From the NCBI RefSeq assembly GCF_964204645.1, contig NC_134032.1:3744175-3808174 (forward strand): a stretch of DNA of 64,000 bases. Direction: 5' to 3'. Positions 35,066 through 47,836 of this stretch are shown here, in pieces. A program made the translations under genes and the position numbers. Numbering within the stretch: position 1 is the stretch's first letter; each line of letters starts with the position of its first letter. The notes beneath the pieces were generated by a model, which made no database searches, was not told where the DNA came from, and saw only the letters and a program-made list of their open reading frames with translations. This stretch comes from Tubulanus polymorphus. Lineage: Eukaryota > Animalia > Nemertea.

Positions 35066-35844
35066 AATATCTTTAAATTCGCGGCCGGGATTATCGGTTT
35101 TGTCAGAAGGGCTGAAGGAATTATGTTTAGCATTAAAGTCACCAATTATCAATTGGTTTCAATCAGGTTACTTCTAGTAGTCCCCGTCAGAGTTTTGAGT
35201 TGTACGTGCCGACTGCGCGAGGTTACTAAAGAAAGTCTTACGACTCTCAGGTAACTGAGAAGAGAGCGATATTAGAAACGATAACGGATTTAGAATATTT
35301 ATGATTTATACTGAACCAAATGCAGTCATGCATTGAACCAGGCTTATCTTTGAGTAATGGTCAGTTTACAGAAACGTGGGAATAATCTAATAGACCACAG
35401 TTTGAAGCTGTGTAACATAATATATCGAAGTCAGGCACTGATGCCATTTATATTTGTGTGGAGAATAGTGAAATTTGGTCCAGGGTTAGTTTCAACATCA
35501 CCGCTCAAAAGAATTAGTAAATCACCTGTTTATAAGAAATGCGATATTTGCAAACCCAGGTACAAACAATAACGCCAGGAGACCGATCACAGAATAGTAT
35601 ATCGTCCTTATATTCATAGGATGATTACCAAATCTATGGATGATGGGCAACCAAGATATTACTAGCAACAGGTTGACCAATAACATAATGCCATGGAAGA
35701 AACTCAATATAGATATTACAGCCGCAATGAAAACTAGGCAAGACCCATACATTTTGCACAAGATATATATCATAGAAATCACAATCAGAAAAAAAATAAG
35801 AAACAGAATGGAGACATTATCAGGGAAATTCTAGAATCAAAATG

Positions 35845-36630
35845 AATTTGGTAGGAATATTCCCCCCAAGGTCAAGCGAAGAGAATTTGACCTTCAGGTC
35901 TGATATTCATATCGACTTCGGGAGGAATATTCCTTGGAATGTCAAACGAAGGAAAATGGACCTGGTCTAATATTCGAAATATTTTTGATGAATTTTCTTC
36001 CAAACCACTAAACGCTAAAAACCTGAGCATGATTGGTAAATATATATAGAACGCAGTCTCAAATGTCTTGTTACTTTCTCAAAATGTATCAGAAATTTAA
36101 CTAATTTTTAGTTCATAGTCCTCAAATATTCATGAATGAACAGTTAAAAAATGTTGAAACATGTCGACTCTGCCGTAAAATCAACCTATTAACAGTCCGG
36201 AATGTGGGATAATGTCAGGCTTTAGAGAACATAATGCCCCCGAGGTCTTCACATTTACAGAGAAGATTACGTAAGTGATTCACGCGCAGCGCGCGATAGG
36301 CGCACAATAGAAATCTTAGCCGCTCTTTTTTTGAGTATCACCAATTGAGAGGACCGCTATTGTAAAAATTGACCTTGGGAGGAATATTCCTCCCAATCGA
36401 TGGAAACCTGACCAAGGCGTTCGATATTCAAACAATTGACTTTGGGAGGAATATTCCTCCCAAGGTCAAACGAAGAGAATTTGACCTTCGGGTCTGATAT
36501 TCAAAGTATCGACTTCGGGAGGAATGTTCCTCCGAATGTTAAATGAAGGAAACTGGACCTGGTCTGTTATTCGAAATATAGACTTTGGGATGAATGTTCT
36601 TCCAAACCACTAAACGCTAAAAACCTGAGC
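35845..36630. repeat. Repeat built from GGGAGGAATATTCCTCCC palindromes, with a duplicated unit of about 185 bp
   Basis: 35845-36030 resembles 36440-36630. Confidence 0.75.
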
Positions 36631-36684
36631 TTATATTAATTTTATTGGTGTAATCATTGTTTTTAATAAGTAGTATACTATAGC

Positions 36685-36774
36685 AGTAATAGGGAAAGTG
36701 TTGTTTCATACCAAAGGTCGGGTCGAGCACACTCTCCCCAACCTTTGATATGAAACAACACTTTCCCTATTACT
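36685..36774. repeat. 90-bp terminal hairpin of element C (mirror copy at 40989-41078)
   Basis: AGTAATAGGGAAAGTGTTGTTTCATACCAAAGGT...ACCTTTGATATGAAACAACACTTTCCCTATTACT. Confidence 0.95.
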
Positions 36775-37049
36775 TTTCAGTTCTTTCATATTTAAATCAG
36801 TGAATATTTTTATTTAAATGTGTTAAATTCTTGATTTTAACATGAAAAGTAACGACTACTTAAGGAGTTGAAGAAAATATCATCCAAATGTCATATGGAC
36901 GAGTGAGTAAAGTGTGAGTGAAATAATTCATATTTAAATCAGTGAATATTTATATTTATATGTGTTAAATTCTTATTTTCAATATAAAAGTAACGAGTAA
37001 TTAACGAGTTGAGGAAAATATCAATTTTAATAAAAAATTTGATATTAAA

Positions 37050-37283
37050 ATGGAAGCAAATAAGAAGTACTACTGTTCAACATGTAAAATCAATATAGAT
37101 AAATCTAAAAAATCAAGACATAATAAAACTAAATCTCATTTAGAAAATAAATTGAAATTAGAATATAAAGATGATATATTAGAAACTAAATTAGAAGAAT
37201 TAAAGAATGAAAAAGAGATATATAAATGTGATACATGTAATCAATCATTCAGTGAAAATGAGATACCATTAAGAACATTTTAA
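37050..37283 (+). pseudogene. Truncated copy of the PolB N-terminal zinc fingers
   Basis: MEANKKYYCSTC...YKCDTCNQSFS is near-identical to the start of ORF 13156-14040. Confidence 0.85.
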
Positions 37284-37396
37284 GTCCAAAAGTCATATTA
37301 GAAATATGAATAATGAGTTAAATAATATAAAAAGTAACGAGTAATTAAATTAAAGAGTTGAAGAAAATACCAATTTAATAAAATAATGACTAATAA

Positions 37397-37974
37397 ATGA
37401 CTGAACAGATGCTACAATTCAAAGATATCGATTTAAATGAATTAGAAAAATATTTTACAGTTAAAAATTTCATTCCTATTAAAGATTTGATTAAAAGTGC
37501 GCGCCTTCGTTTTCAAGTGAAAAATATTACCGAATTAAAGTTTAAAAATCATTATCTAATAATAGAGTTATCGAATGATAAAAAGATAAAATCTTATACA
37601 ATACAATAATTCCAAAATTGACAACATTTGAAGAAATCGATCAACATTTAATAATTACAGATGAAATGCAATCACTTTTTAATAATGAAAATTCACATAA
37701 AACATGATTTCTACACTTACGTTATTGCCCTTTCAGAGAATGCTATGTAATGTTTTCCAGAGTAGAAGAAAAGAGATTCATCCCCGACATTCAAAATGAA
37801 AAATCATTCAAAGATGTTGGAATTCAATGTAACTTAGACAATAAAATCGAAACACCTAAATATGAACCTAATGAAAAAGCGTTATGTAATTGCGGAAAAT
37901 ATTATACTCGAAGCAATAAATCACACCATCTTAAAACAAAATATCATAACTCAAAAATAATAATTCAACTCTAA
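37397..37974 (+). pseudogene. Broken ORF ending in a CxCG...H...H zinc finger
   Basis: ORFs 37397-37609 and 37750-37974; C-terminal CNCGKYYTRSNKSHHLKTKYH; decayed mirror copy at about 40105-40580. Confidence 0.55.
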
Positions 37975-38018
37975 ATATTCAAAATAATATATTTCAAATT
38001 ACTTTTTTTCTTAAATAA

Positions 38019-38240
38019 ATGGATGGTTTCAGCATTCCAATTGGAAAAAGTGATTTGAAACATTATCTTATAGCAGGAAGGTTAATATTGGCTTCATTAT
38101 ACTTTTACTGTGACATTATTTCAAAAGATCTAATGAATGAAAACATTAAATTGAGTAAAAAGTTAAAGAAGTTAAATGGAAACAATCACAGGAAAAAAAA
38201 CAATAAAAAAGTTAATGATTTAAATGATTTAGAGGATTAA
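38019..38240 (+). CDS. Small orphan protein with a hydrophobic segment (mirror copy 39845-40060, minus strand)
   Basis: TAAATG start; open in both diverged arms, with an in-frame 6-bp indel between them. Confidence 0.65.
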   Translation: MDGFSIPIGKSDLKHYLIAGRLILASLYFYCDIISKDLMNENIKLSKKLKKLNGNNHRKKNNKKVNDLNDLED

Positions 38241-38287
38241 GACAGAATCTTTTAATTTAATTTATTTTATATATTTTAACTATAAAA

Positions 38288-38557
38288 ATGAGTGAAAATA
38301 TATTAAATTTATTACATCTTATTTACAGAAATCAAGAGCGCATTAAGTTAATCATTGTGATTTCAGGTTTATTATCATTCTCAATTTATAGTATAAAGCA
38401 GTTGTTAGAATTCTATGATTCTTGTAAAATTAGATACGCGGAATTAAAAGATAATATCAATTATCTATCAGATAGAATTGATAATAATAAGTCTTGTGAA
38501 ATTTGTAATACAAAATATAAAAATAAAAAGTGTTTAAAAACTCAGGTATATTCATGA
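38288..38557 (+). CDS. Small TM plus coiled-coil orphan protein (mirror copy 39555-39797, minus strand)
   Basis: LIIVISGLLSFSIYSI segment and CEIC motif; mostly open in both arms. Confidence 0.6.
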   Translation: MSENILNLLHLIYRNQERIKLIIVISGLLSFSIYSIKQLLEFYDSCKIRYAELKDNINYLSDRIDNNKSCEICNTKYKNKKCLKTQVYS

Positions 38558-38606
38558 ATTAGATGATAAATTCAAATAAATTTTGATAATTAAAAAGATT
38601 AATTTC

Positions 38607-39353
38607 CTATACATATTGATGGATGAATTGAATGAATTGGATGAATGGATGAATGGATGGATGTAATAATATATATATTTTACTTTTAAACACACGAATT
38701 GGAAGAATAATACGAGTATAAATATAATATTTGTATTCTATATTAAATTTAATATAGTATATTAATATCTTATTAAAATAATATTTAGATATAGTATAAA
38801 TAACTTGGATGAATGGATGAGTATTCCAATTCATCCAATTCATCCACTCATCCATTCATACACAATTCCAAATTCTATAATATTACAAATTATGATTTTA
38901 TTTTTGAAATTTATATTAATATATGATATTGGTAGTATCTCTACGCAGCACTAGAATAATATGAGTGATACTAAGTTAGTTAGTTTATCGTTTTTCTAAT
39001 TGAATTCTAGTCAAATGTAAAGAAATTTGATATTGATAAAAATTATTAAAAAAACATCAGAAAAACAATACATTGAATAAGTTAGTGTTGCTTATTCAAT
39101 TGTATTGGTTTTCTAATGTTTTTTTATTAATTCTTATCAATTGAAATATTATAGAATTTGGAATTGTGTATGAATGGATGAGTGGATGAATTGGAAGACT
39201 CATCCATTGATCCATTCATCCATTCATCCAAGTTATTTATACAATATTTAAATATTATTTTACTAAAATATGAATATATTATGTTAAATTTAATATAGAA
39301 TACAAATATTATATTTGTACTCGTATTATTCTTCCAATTAGTGTGTTTAAAAG

Positions 39354-39423
<70 letters not shown>

Positions 39424-39465
39424 ACACTCATCCATTCATCCAATTCATCCATCAATATGTATAGG
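38607..39465. repeat. Two inverted copies of the GGATGA iteron module flanking the foldback centre; includes (AT)32 at 39356-39419
   Basis: Homologous to 1748-2114, including spacer sequence TATTCTTCCAATT. Confidence 0.88.
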
Positions 39466-41227
39466 AAATTAATCTTTTTAATTATCAAACTTAATTTGAA
39501 TTATGTAATTTATCATCTAATTCATGAATATATCTATGAGTTTTTGAACTCTTTTTATTTTTTTATATTTTTTTTACTACACATTTCACAAGACTTAATA
39601 TTATTAATTCTATCTGATAGATAATTGATATTATCTTTTAATTCCGCGTATCTAATTTTACAAGAATCATAGTATTCTAACAACTGCTTTATACTATAAA
39701 TTGAGAAAGAAAATAAACCTGAAATCACAATGATTAACTTAATGCGCTCTTGATTTCTGTAAATAAGATGTAATAAATTTAATATATTTTCAATCATTTT
39801 TATAGTTAAAATATATAAAATAAATTAAATTAAAATATTCTGTCTTAATACTCCAAATCATTTAAATCATTAACATTTTTATTGTTATTTTTCCTGTGAT
39901 TGTTTCCATTTATCTTCTTTAACTTTTTACTCAATTTAATGTTTTCATATATTAGATCTTTTGAAATATTTTCACAGTAAAAGTATAACGCAGCCAATAT
40001 TAACCCTCCTGCTCTAAGATAATGTTTCAAATTACCAATTGGAATGCTGAAACCATCCATTTATTTAAGAAAAAAAGTAATTTGAAATATATTATTTTAA
40101 ATATTTAGAGTTGAATTATTATTTTTGAGTTATGATATTTTGATTTAAGATGGTGTGATTTACTGCTTCCAGTATAATAATATTTTCCGCAATTACATAA
40201 CGCTTTTTCATTAGGTTCATATTTAGGTGTTTCGATTTTATTGTCTTAGTTACATTGAATTCCAACATCTTTGAATAATTTTTCATTTGGAATGTCAGGG
40301 ATGAATCTCTTTTCTTCTACTCTGAAAAACATTACATAGCATTCTCTGAAAGGGCAAAAGTGATTGCATTTTATCCGTAATTATTAGATGTTGATCTATT
40401 TCTTCAAATGTTGTGAATTTTGGAATTATTATATTGAATAAGATTTTATCTTTATCATTTGATAACTCTATTATTAGAGTTATTATTGATTTTTAAACAT
40501 TATGTCCGTAAAATTTTTCACTTGAAAACGAAGGCGAACAGTTTTAATCAAATCTTTAATAGGAATGAAATTTGTAATTGTAATTGATTTTACATGTTGA
40601 ACAGTAGTACTTCTTATTTGCTACCATTTTGATATCAAATTTTTATTAAAATTGATATTCTCTTCAACTCGTTAATTACTCGTTACTTTCATATTGAAAA
40701 TAAAAATTTAACACATATAAATATAAATATTCACTGATTTAAATATGAATTATTTCACTCACACTTTACTCACTCGACCCTATGACCTTTGGCTGATATT
40801 TTCTTCAACTCGTTAATTACTCCTTACTTTTATGCTAAAATCAAGAATTTAACACATATAAATATAAATATTCGTTGATTTAAATATGAATTATTCACTC
40901 GTTAATTACTCGTTACTGTTTGTCAAAATCAAGAATTTAACACATTTAAATATAAATAGTCACTGATTTAAATATGAAAGTACTGAAAGGTAATATGGAA
41001 AGTGTTGTTTCATATCAAAGGTCGGGGAGAGTGGGCTCGACCCGACCTTTGGTATGAAACAACACTTTCCCTATTACTTATAGCGACGTCACCAGACATA
41101 TTTAGGCAATTTGAGTGATAATGTACACGGTATTTGAGGGTCTGCGACGAATGATTTTTAAAGTTAAATAGCTGTAGTGCAGGTTCTAACAATGAGCCTA
41201 ACATAGTCTTCACATCGCAATCAGTTG

Positions 41228-42130
41228 TTAGAATGCATCTTCCTTTTTTGACTTGATCTTGAATCTTTGACTAGTTACATATTTTCTTGATTGGTTCACG
41301 CTGGGAGGTCTTGTTTGCGGAATAACTTCGTCAATGGCCTTGAATATGTAGTGATTATCACGAAATTTTATCGGAGATTTCGCAACCACGACAAGTCCAT
41401 AGATATCATTATCAACCACGAATTTGAAAATACTCCGGCATATACCGTATTCTTTGTCGTCGTCGAAACCACATAAATCCTCATCATCTATGCCCTTTGC
41501 GCGTTAGGCGTATTGAAACCTCGAATTAATCAATACACTGCGGTCTGCGCGCGCTCTCACAAGGGCACCTTTGATTTCGTGAACCTTTTCAGAACGAATT
41601 GTACGAGCGCCAATCTCACAATTTTTGATCGATTTTATTTTTGATTGGATTAATTCGGTTTCGTGAATTTCAACTAAATCCACTATGTCGGGCGTTAGTG
41701 GGTTGCGAGAAAACTCCGGTCGCTTGATTTCTCCATTCAGCATGAACATATCTCGAACGATTCTCACACGGTTTTGTTCATTGTGTTTTAGCGCTTTGAA
41801 GTCATTGATTTGGGCGGCTGCTCTATCATTCATTTTTAGGGGTAGTTGGTCTCGTACGCAGTAATTCGAACCTTTTAGGTTTTTGCTATGCGTCATAGCT
41901 TCATTTTTCCCGCTGCGCGTTGTGAAGCGGATAACTATTTGGGCACTTACTTCCCGATCCGATACGATGTGCTATGTCTAAAACAGCTTTACTGTTTTCT
42001 GAAGCGAGAGAAACTTTCATTTTCTCAGTTAAAAAAGTTACGGGCCACTTCGGGAGTTTCAGGAACATAGAAGACGAGCAAGTTTTGCCTCAATGATCGA
42101 TACCTGAGCTCGATATTTTCTTGTTTCCCA
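41228..42130 (-). pseudogene. LINE ORF1-like remnant with possible C-terminal IMPACT-like domain
   Basis: RSLRQNLLVFYVPE, LKGSNYCVRDQLP, VRIVRDMFMLNG, then GFDDDKEYGICR...LVVVA; degenerate. Confidence 0.5.
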
Positions 42131-42479
42131 TTGTGTTGAATTTGTATAATATTGCTATCAATTTTCCCACTCGGGGTTCGATTATCTTTTTGGAACCAAT
42201 TACATTGAATTGCAGTACTCAAATATTTCATGTCATTTAGCTAACCAATAGTTCCACTTGTTTCTAAATTTAGCAAAAGGAAATTATATTTTTTTTATAA
42301 GTGATATTCCCCGGGCTACCAGTCAATGGATGCACTGTATTGACGCAAAGAAACATGGTCCAGAAATATATTTAAACTTTATCCTAAAGGCATGAAACAG
42401 ATTTTAAAAATATCAAAACCTAATATGTAAAAGGCTACCCGTATGAAAGTGGTAAGAAAATAAATTCAAAAAGAAAGAA

Positions 42480-43130
42480 TGCGTGTGTCACTGAGACAGG
42501 TTATTTAAAGTATTACTGTTTCAGACCCCTCGCCGTTACGTATCTCATCCAGTGAAATATAACCCAGTTCACATATTCGGACACTGTGATATCGTCCAGT
42601 TTCAAAAGGAAGATGGCGGGACCCAAGGCGTTATTCGGAGAATTCGCGGCGATTTGTGAAGTTGTTGGCAAGAACATAATTTTCTTTAATAAAGCGTGAT
42701 TTAAATAGTTTGTAGGATTGGTGTTTTGGGTTTATTGTTTATGTCGTTCATTTCTTTGAGCCATATGGATGAATAAAGGGCTTTCATTTTAGATTGCAGA
42801 AGATTAATTATTTGTTGGGATGGTTTAACCCGATTGAACCAAACACCTGAGAGGTCGAGGCATTCTAGAAGTGAGTGGAGACTTGTGCACCAGTTCTGGG
42901 TAGAGTGTATAGACATTAGGTTTTCATGATATGCTTTATATACCATTGTCGAAATGTCTATTTTAGAGATGCGCAGCCAGTATTTGACCGTAGTGGCAAG
43001 AAGGTTATAAGTAGAGGGAACTGTCCCAGATCACCGCGAACAGCTGCATTAACAGAGCGTTTCTTTACCCCGAGTAGAGACTTGCCAAATGTGATGAACG
43101 ATTTTCGCAGGGTAGATAGTTTCATAATAT
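42480..43130 (-). pseudogene. Non-LTR retrotransposon ORF2 3' remnant
   Basis: LGVKKRSVNAAVRGDLGQFPL...KYWLRI...NWCTSLHSLL. Confidence 0.65.
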
Positions 43131-44011
43131 TGTAAAAAAAGAGATTGTATATTACGCAGGGGATTGGTTACAGCCAGACATTATTTGCCAGATCATTCAT
43201 TCAATCTAAATGTCCGAAGCTACGATCATGTTAACGACCGATGGCAATTCATTCATTATAAAACGGAAACCTATGCAATGTAAGTCAATGGTTATAGCAT
43301 CTTATAGAGCCAATATTCATGTGATGGCATGGTTACAAAAAGGCAGGACCTCGACGAGTGAGGGTTCGGGGTAGCGGATGAACCCCCTGAAATTTTTCAA
43401 AATTAACATTTATTTTTCATGTTTTTTTTTTCTTTGGAAAATGATAAGCCTTAGCTTTGTTTCTCATCTTCTTCCAACGGACCGAATTTCAGCTATTTCG
43501 ACCGTACCAACTATAAGTGGATGATAGATGTGAGTATATTTCGCAAGATTTCTGATATTTTATTCATGCCAGGTAGTAAAGTAACTTTATTTCTCTAACG
43601 GAATATAGCTATCATGAATAAGACTGTATTCGTATCAAATTAATTAAACAAATATGCGAGAGTGCGCGCAAACAGTATGATACCATCAATCCTATATGGC
43701 GAATAGTTTGACAGTATCTCGACTAATGAATGGTGAATAGCTATCACCAGTAAGACTTGTAAATTAGACATTTTGTAACCACACGGATCTCTTTCTCGTG
43801 AAATTAATTTATCGATTCATCAGAGAATGCAGCCATTCCATGCAGTGGAGACGATCATCCATTAATATTACATGGAAATATGAGGTGTTAAGATTTGGAT
43901 GCTAATGTGATTTGCTAGAATTTGAAGGCAAACAAGAAATTACAATAGGATATAACATTTAGAAGTTTCTAATAGATTTGTTACTCCTAACGTGCTACTT
44001 GTTGATCCGAG

Positions 44012-44962
44012 ATGAATTATACCGAGATGCACTTAGTTGGACGACCTTACAGCGGTTACATCGTTCTAATGGCATTGGTGAACAAGTCTGGCACCTACCG
44101 TACAGTTTCATTGGTCATACTGCTTGTCATGTTCTTGTTAGGAGCGTTTGGAAATTCGGCTACATTCCTGATAATGATAAGTCGCAGATTCCGCAGTTTA
44201 TCTTACGCTAACTACCTGATCGCTTTGTCTATCAGTGATTTAGTGTTCTGTGTCGGTTTTACGCTGATGCCTATTTTACAGTTTGTTCTCTTTAGTCTAA
44301 ATACTGGTCAAATAATCTTGGTAGATTCACTGATCAGTTGTCAAATATACGAATTCTTAATAAATTCGTTGGGCGCCAATAGTGCCTGGTTAATAGTAGC
44401 GATATCTCTAGAACGTGCGGCAGTTGTTCTCTTCCCGTTCACATCTCGTTTGATATGTACACCGAGATTCGCCCGATGCGTCATTGCTTTTATGTCCACA
44501 ATAAATGCATTCGTAATTGGTGTTCATCCAGTAGCAACAATGAAATTTGTTTATCCTTTCGGATGTTACTACAAGTCTTGGGACCAAACCTTACTTTTTA
44601 TGATATGTGTAATATACGTTTTTCTTGTACCGTTAACGTTCATAATAATATCAAATTCAGTCATAATAATTCAGTTATTCAGAGGTTCAAAAATGGTTTC
44701 GTCCGATCAGAAAACTACAAAATCAAAACGTACAACAATAATGCTTCTAACAGTTTCACTCGCATTTGCAATTTTTACACTGCCAAACTCTCTGGTCGTA
44801 CTTTTACCAATTCCACCGGAACATACAGACTTCCTCATAGATATTTCCTCCCAGTTCGAATCATGTAATTATGTCATCAATTTCTACATATACCTTTTGC
44901 TGGGACAAGAAATTCGTGAATATTTCTGTATGAAAATCCGCTGTAGAAATTCATTAAAATAA
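44012..44962 (+). CDS. Intronless class A GPCR, paralog of 14892-15842
   Basis: GAFGN, LSISDL, SLERA, TLPN, NYVINFYIY; shares GRPY and RTTIMLxTVS with the first copy. Confidence 0.9.
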   Translation: MNYTEMHLVGRPYSGYIVLMALVNKSGTYRTVSLVILLVMFLLGAFGNSATFLIMISRRFRSLSYANYLIALSISDLVFCVGFTLMPILQFVLFSLNTGQIILVDSLISCQIYEFLINSLGANSAWLIVAISLERAAVVLFPFTSRLICTPRFARCVIAFMSTINAFVIGVHPVATMKFVYPFGCYYKSWDQTLLFMICVIYVFLVPLTFIIISNSVIIIQLFRGSKMVSSDQKTTKSKRTTIMLLTVSLAFAIFTLPNSLVVLLPIPPEHTDFLIDISSQFESCNYVINFYIYLLLGQEIREYFCMKIRCRNSLK

Positions 44963-45249
44963 CCATCGATTTCAAGTTTTTATTTATTTACCGAATATAA
45001 TATAACGCTTTAAAACAGTTTCATGAATTCATCGTCAAGCTTATAATTACTGTACCGACCAACGGCCCCTATATGACCTTATTTCTTGTGATACACGCGC
45101 GTTCCTCTCTCATTCCATAACCAACCTCCACTTTGATATCGTATATTGCCTGCCTATAGTCCGTCCAGTCGGTTTTCCAGAGTCAAAGTGTCTGGTCTGG
45201 TATACGGAAGAAATGACCCGAGAAAAAATGTCCCCAGAAAAAATAACAA

Positions 45250-46715
45250 TAAATATAGCTGCCAAGCAGCGATGACGGGTTTTCCGCAAAGCCATTCAGA
45301 AAGATGGGAATTGTAGTAAATTGAAATATCGATACATAGAATAAACTGCATTGACAGATTCTAACCTAATATGCTACCACTGTGTAAACGTCAAATGTGA
45401 TTCAGCTTTGAAACCGAACATACGCGGACGTACAATCAACAAATATTAATCTATTTGACCAGGCATTTATTTTGGCATTCAAACATCATGATACTGTATT
45501 ATCACCATGCTTAAAAATGGATCTGTCCTATTAAGAACTCATCTTAAGCACCTGCTGAGTCGATAGATTGAGTGAATTTACAGATAAGAACGTATTATGA
45601 TTTAGAATAGATTGAAGAAGTTAATGTTTTTATTGAAATATTTTAATAAATACATGTACATATATTGTAGTGTAGATTCAATAAATTATGAATTGATCTG
45701 GTCTGGGTTTCCGGTTGATGTTGATTTTGGCTTTTATGGATTACAAATTCTATAGTGATAAACAATTGATACCTGCAACATGTGTGTAAATCAAACCTAA
45801 TCCACTAGATGCGTGTGTTTCCTAATAAACGGGAGAATCACTCTTGATCTGAGTTATTAGAAAATTAGAAAAATAATGTTCATTTAGTTATAGAAATTCA
45901 TTGCCTTTTTTAAAATTCTGTAGTGATATTTGTTCTTTCCTAATTTTTATTACTGTATGAACCAATGATATGCTTTGTAAATATGATGTAATAAAATAAA
46001 TTTTATTTTGAATTAAATTTGATCATGAGAATCAGGCATAACTTGTGTCTTTTTTAACTTGTCTTTTGTTAACAGTTCCAGAGTTCAAAATTCAAATTGG
46101 CTAAAAAAGTACATAGGACTAAATGAAATGTACCGTTTAGTTACTGCAAACCTATTCCAGTGTTATGTCGATCGTGTTGAATCATGAACTTTGCTTGAGT
46201 TGAAAGAATCAGATCTTCTATGGTGCAACATCGGTCGAAGAGAGATATCTTGGTGTTGACTGTCCATCTAACTTCATGCGTTTGACATTGCAATCAGCAT
46301 CATACTCATTTGAACTTCAAAATATTCATACAACATGAAAACCTACAGTACATGTATAAAGTAATCAAAATTTCACCGATGTTGGATATTTGAATGAACC
46401 TTAGGCTTATTTCAGTATTCTAAAGCAGGAAATAATAAGCCCAATCAATAGGCCCTATTCCCATTGGAACAATTGTATAATACGTACAGCTGTACCGTAC
46501 ACTTATCAGTCAAGAATGGAGAAATCGGTATACCAAACCTACGAACAGCAAAATGTACAGACCTACAATGATTTCTGGTATACAAGCCGTGACCATATGA
46601 ACGTTTTGGATCTAGGTTTGACTATTAATGTCAGGTCAGAGAAGGCCTGGTCAAATTTAATCACATGGCTCAAATCAATTGGCCTTTATGCGTGTGAATA
46701 CTTCACTGTATTGTT
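45250..46715 (+). repeat. Dispersed repeat, second copy at 49178-50290
   Basis: Both copies start AAATATAGCTGC.AAGCAGCGA and stay collinear to AATCACATGGCTCAA. Confidence 0.8.
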
Positions 46716-46717
46716 TT

Positions 46718-47836
46718 AACTAGGGGTCCAGGGACACCATGCCCACTTGGGAAGTGGTTCCGAATGCTCAACAATCTAACAATTTCAATATTCACACCCC
46801 CTGGTGACCATATTCAAAACCCACTGACCTTGAAACTCACCCCAATCATAAAACATGTCACGAACTATAACTTTGTAATTGATCATGGTTACAAAATATG
46901 CCTAGATACCAATATAATAAGTTATTCTACTATTCAACGCCCCCTGGTGACCATATAGAATAACTATTGGCCTTAAAACTTGTCACAATCATAGATGATG
47001 TCATGAGCTACAACTTTGCAATTGATTGTGGTTACAAAATATGCATTGATACGAATATAATATAGAAATACTAAGATATTGTATTAAACGCCCCCTGGTG
47101 GCCATATACAAAAAAACCAATGACCTTCAAACTCACCACAATCATAAACCATGTCATCAGCTACAACTTTTCAATTGATTGTGGTAAGAAAATATGCTTA
47201 AATATCAACAATATAATGTGGAAAAACTTTTCCCACCTACGAATGAGTGCTTATGACACCAAGATGGCCGCCAATTGCGTCATAATTGGCTGATCAAAAA
47301 TACATATCTCAGGTATAAATCATCCCTTTTCAAAGAATACCCTCAAAGAATACCCATCGCAAATTGCAATGAGAAATGGCGAACCAGTAGGGAGCAACAG
47401 CACTCAGAATTCGGGCCAATATTGACATTTTTGGGCACTAAAAAGGTCATAGGACGGTCGGTCATCTTGAGTCCGATCGACCCAATTTTTGTTATGGGCA
47501 ATGGGCTCTGGGGGGATTCACATACATCCAAAAGATCAAGGTAACTGATCAAAGCGTCTTCAAAATTTCCCTCAAAAAGTTCAAAAATGTGTAAAAAGTG
47601 TTGATTTTGTCAAACAACAATGGCTGCCAATCGGCCATCTTGATTCTGACAGGGCCAGTTTTTGGGCTGAAGATGTGTCTAGAGTAGATACATGTGTAAC
47701 CCAAATATCAAGACATTACATTGAGGCGTCTTCAAAACTTCCCAAAATGACTGGATTCCGTCTACGGACGGATGGACGACGGACGAAAAGTGAACACAAT
47801 AGCACGCTGGGACTAAAGTCCCAAGTGGGCTAAAAA
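46718..47836 (+). mobile_element. Helentron-associated (HINE/DINE-like) non-autonomous element
   Basis: Subterminal inverted repeat CCCACTTGGGA/TCCCAAGTGGG, internal tandem units of about 145 bp (CCCCCTGGTG.CCATAT), GGAC microsatellite, 3' stem-loop GGGACTAAAGTCCC. Confidence 0.65.

Larger units (their letters stand above)
31560..35300 (-). mobile_element. Degenerate CR1/L2-like LINE (APE endonuclease + RT)
   Basis: IIGDFNAKH and GFSDH (endonuclease); GIFLDISAAFD and [21 protein letters not shown] (RT); many stops and nested insertions. Confidence 0.88.
36685..41078. mobile_element. Palindromic (foldback) Polinton-related mini-element C
   Basis: AGTAATAGGG...CCCTATTACT ends; TSD TATAGC at 36679-36684 and 41079-41084; inverted arms 36685-38884 and 39145-41078 around a 260-bp spacer. 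Confidence 0.95.

Noticed and set aside
38607-39624. ORFs 38607-38855, 39127-39435 and 39343-39624
   Set aside because: Translations of GGATGA and (AT)n repeats
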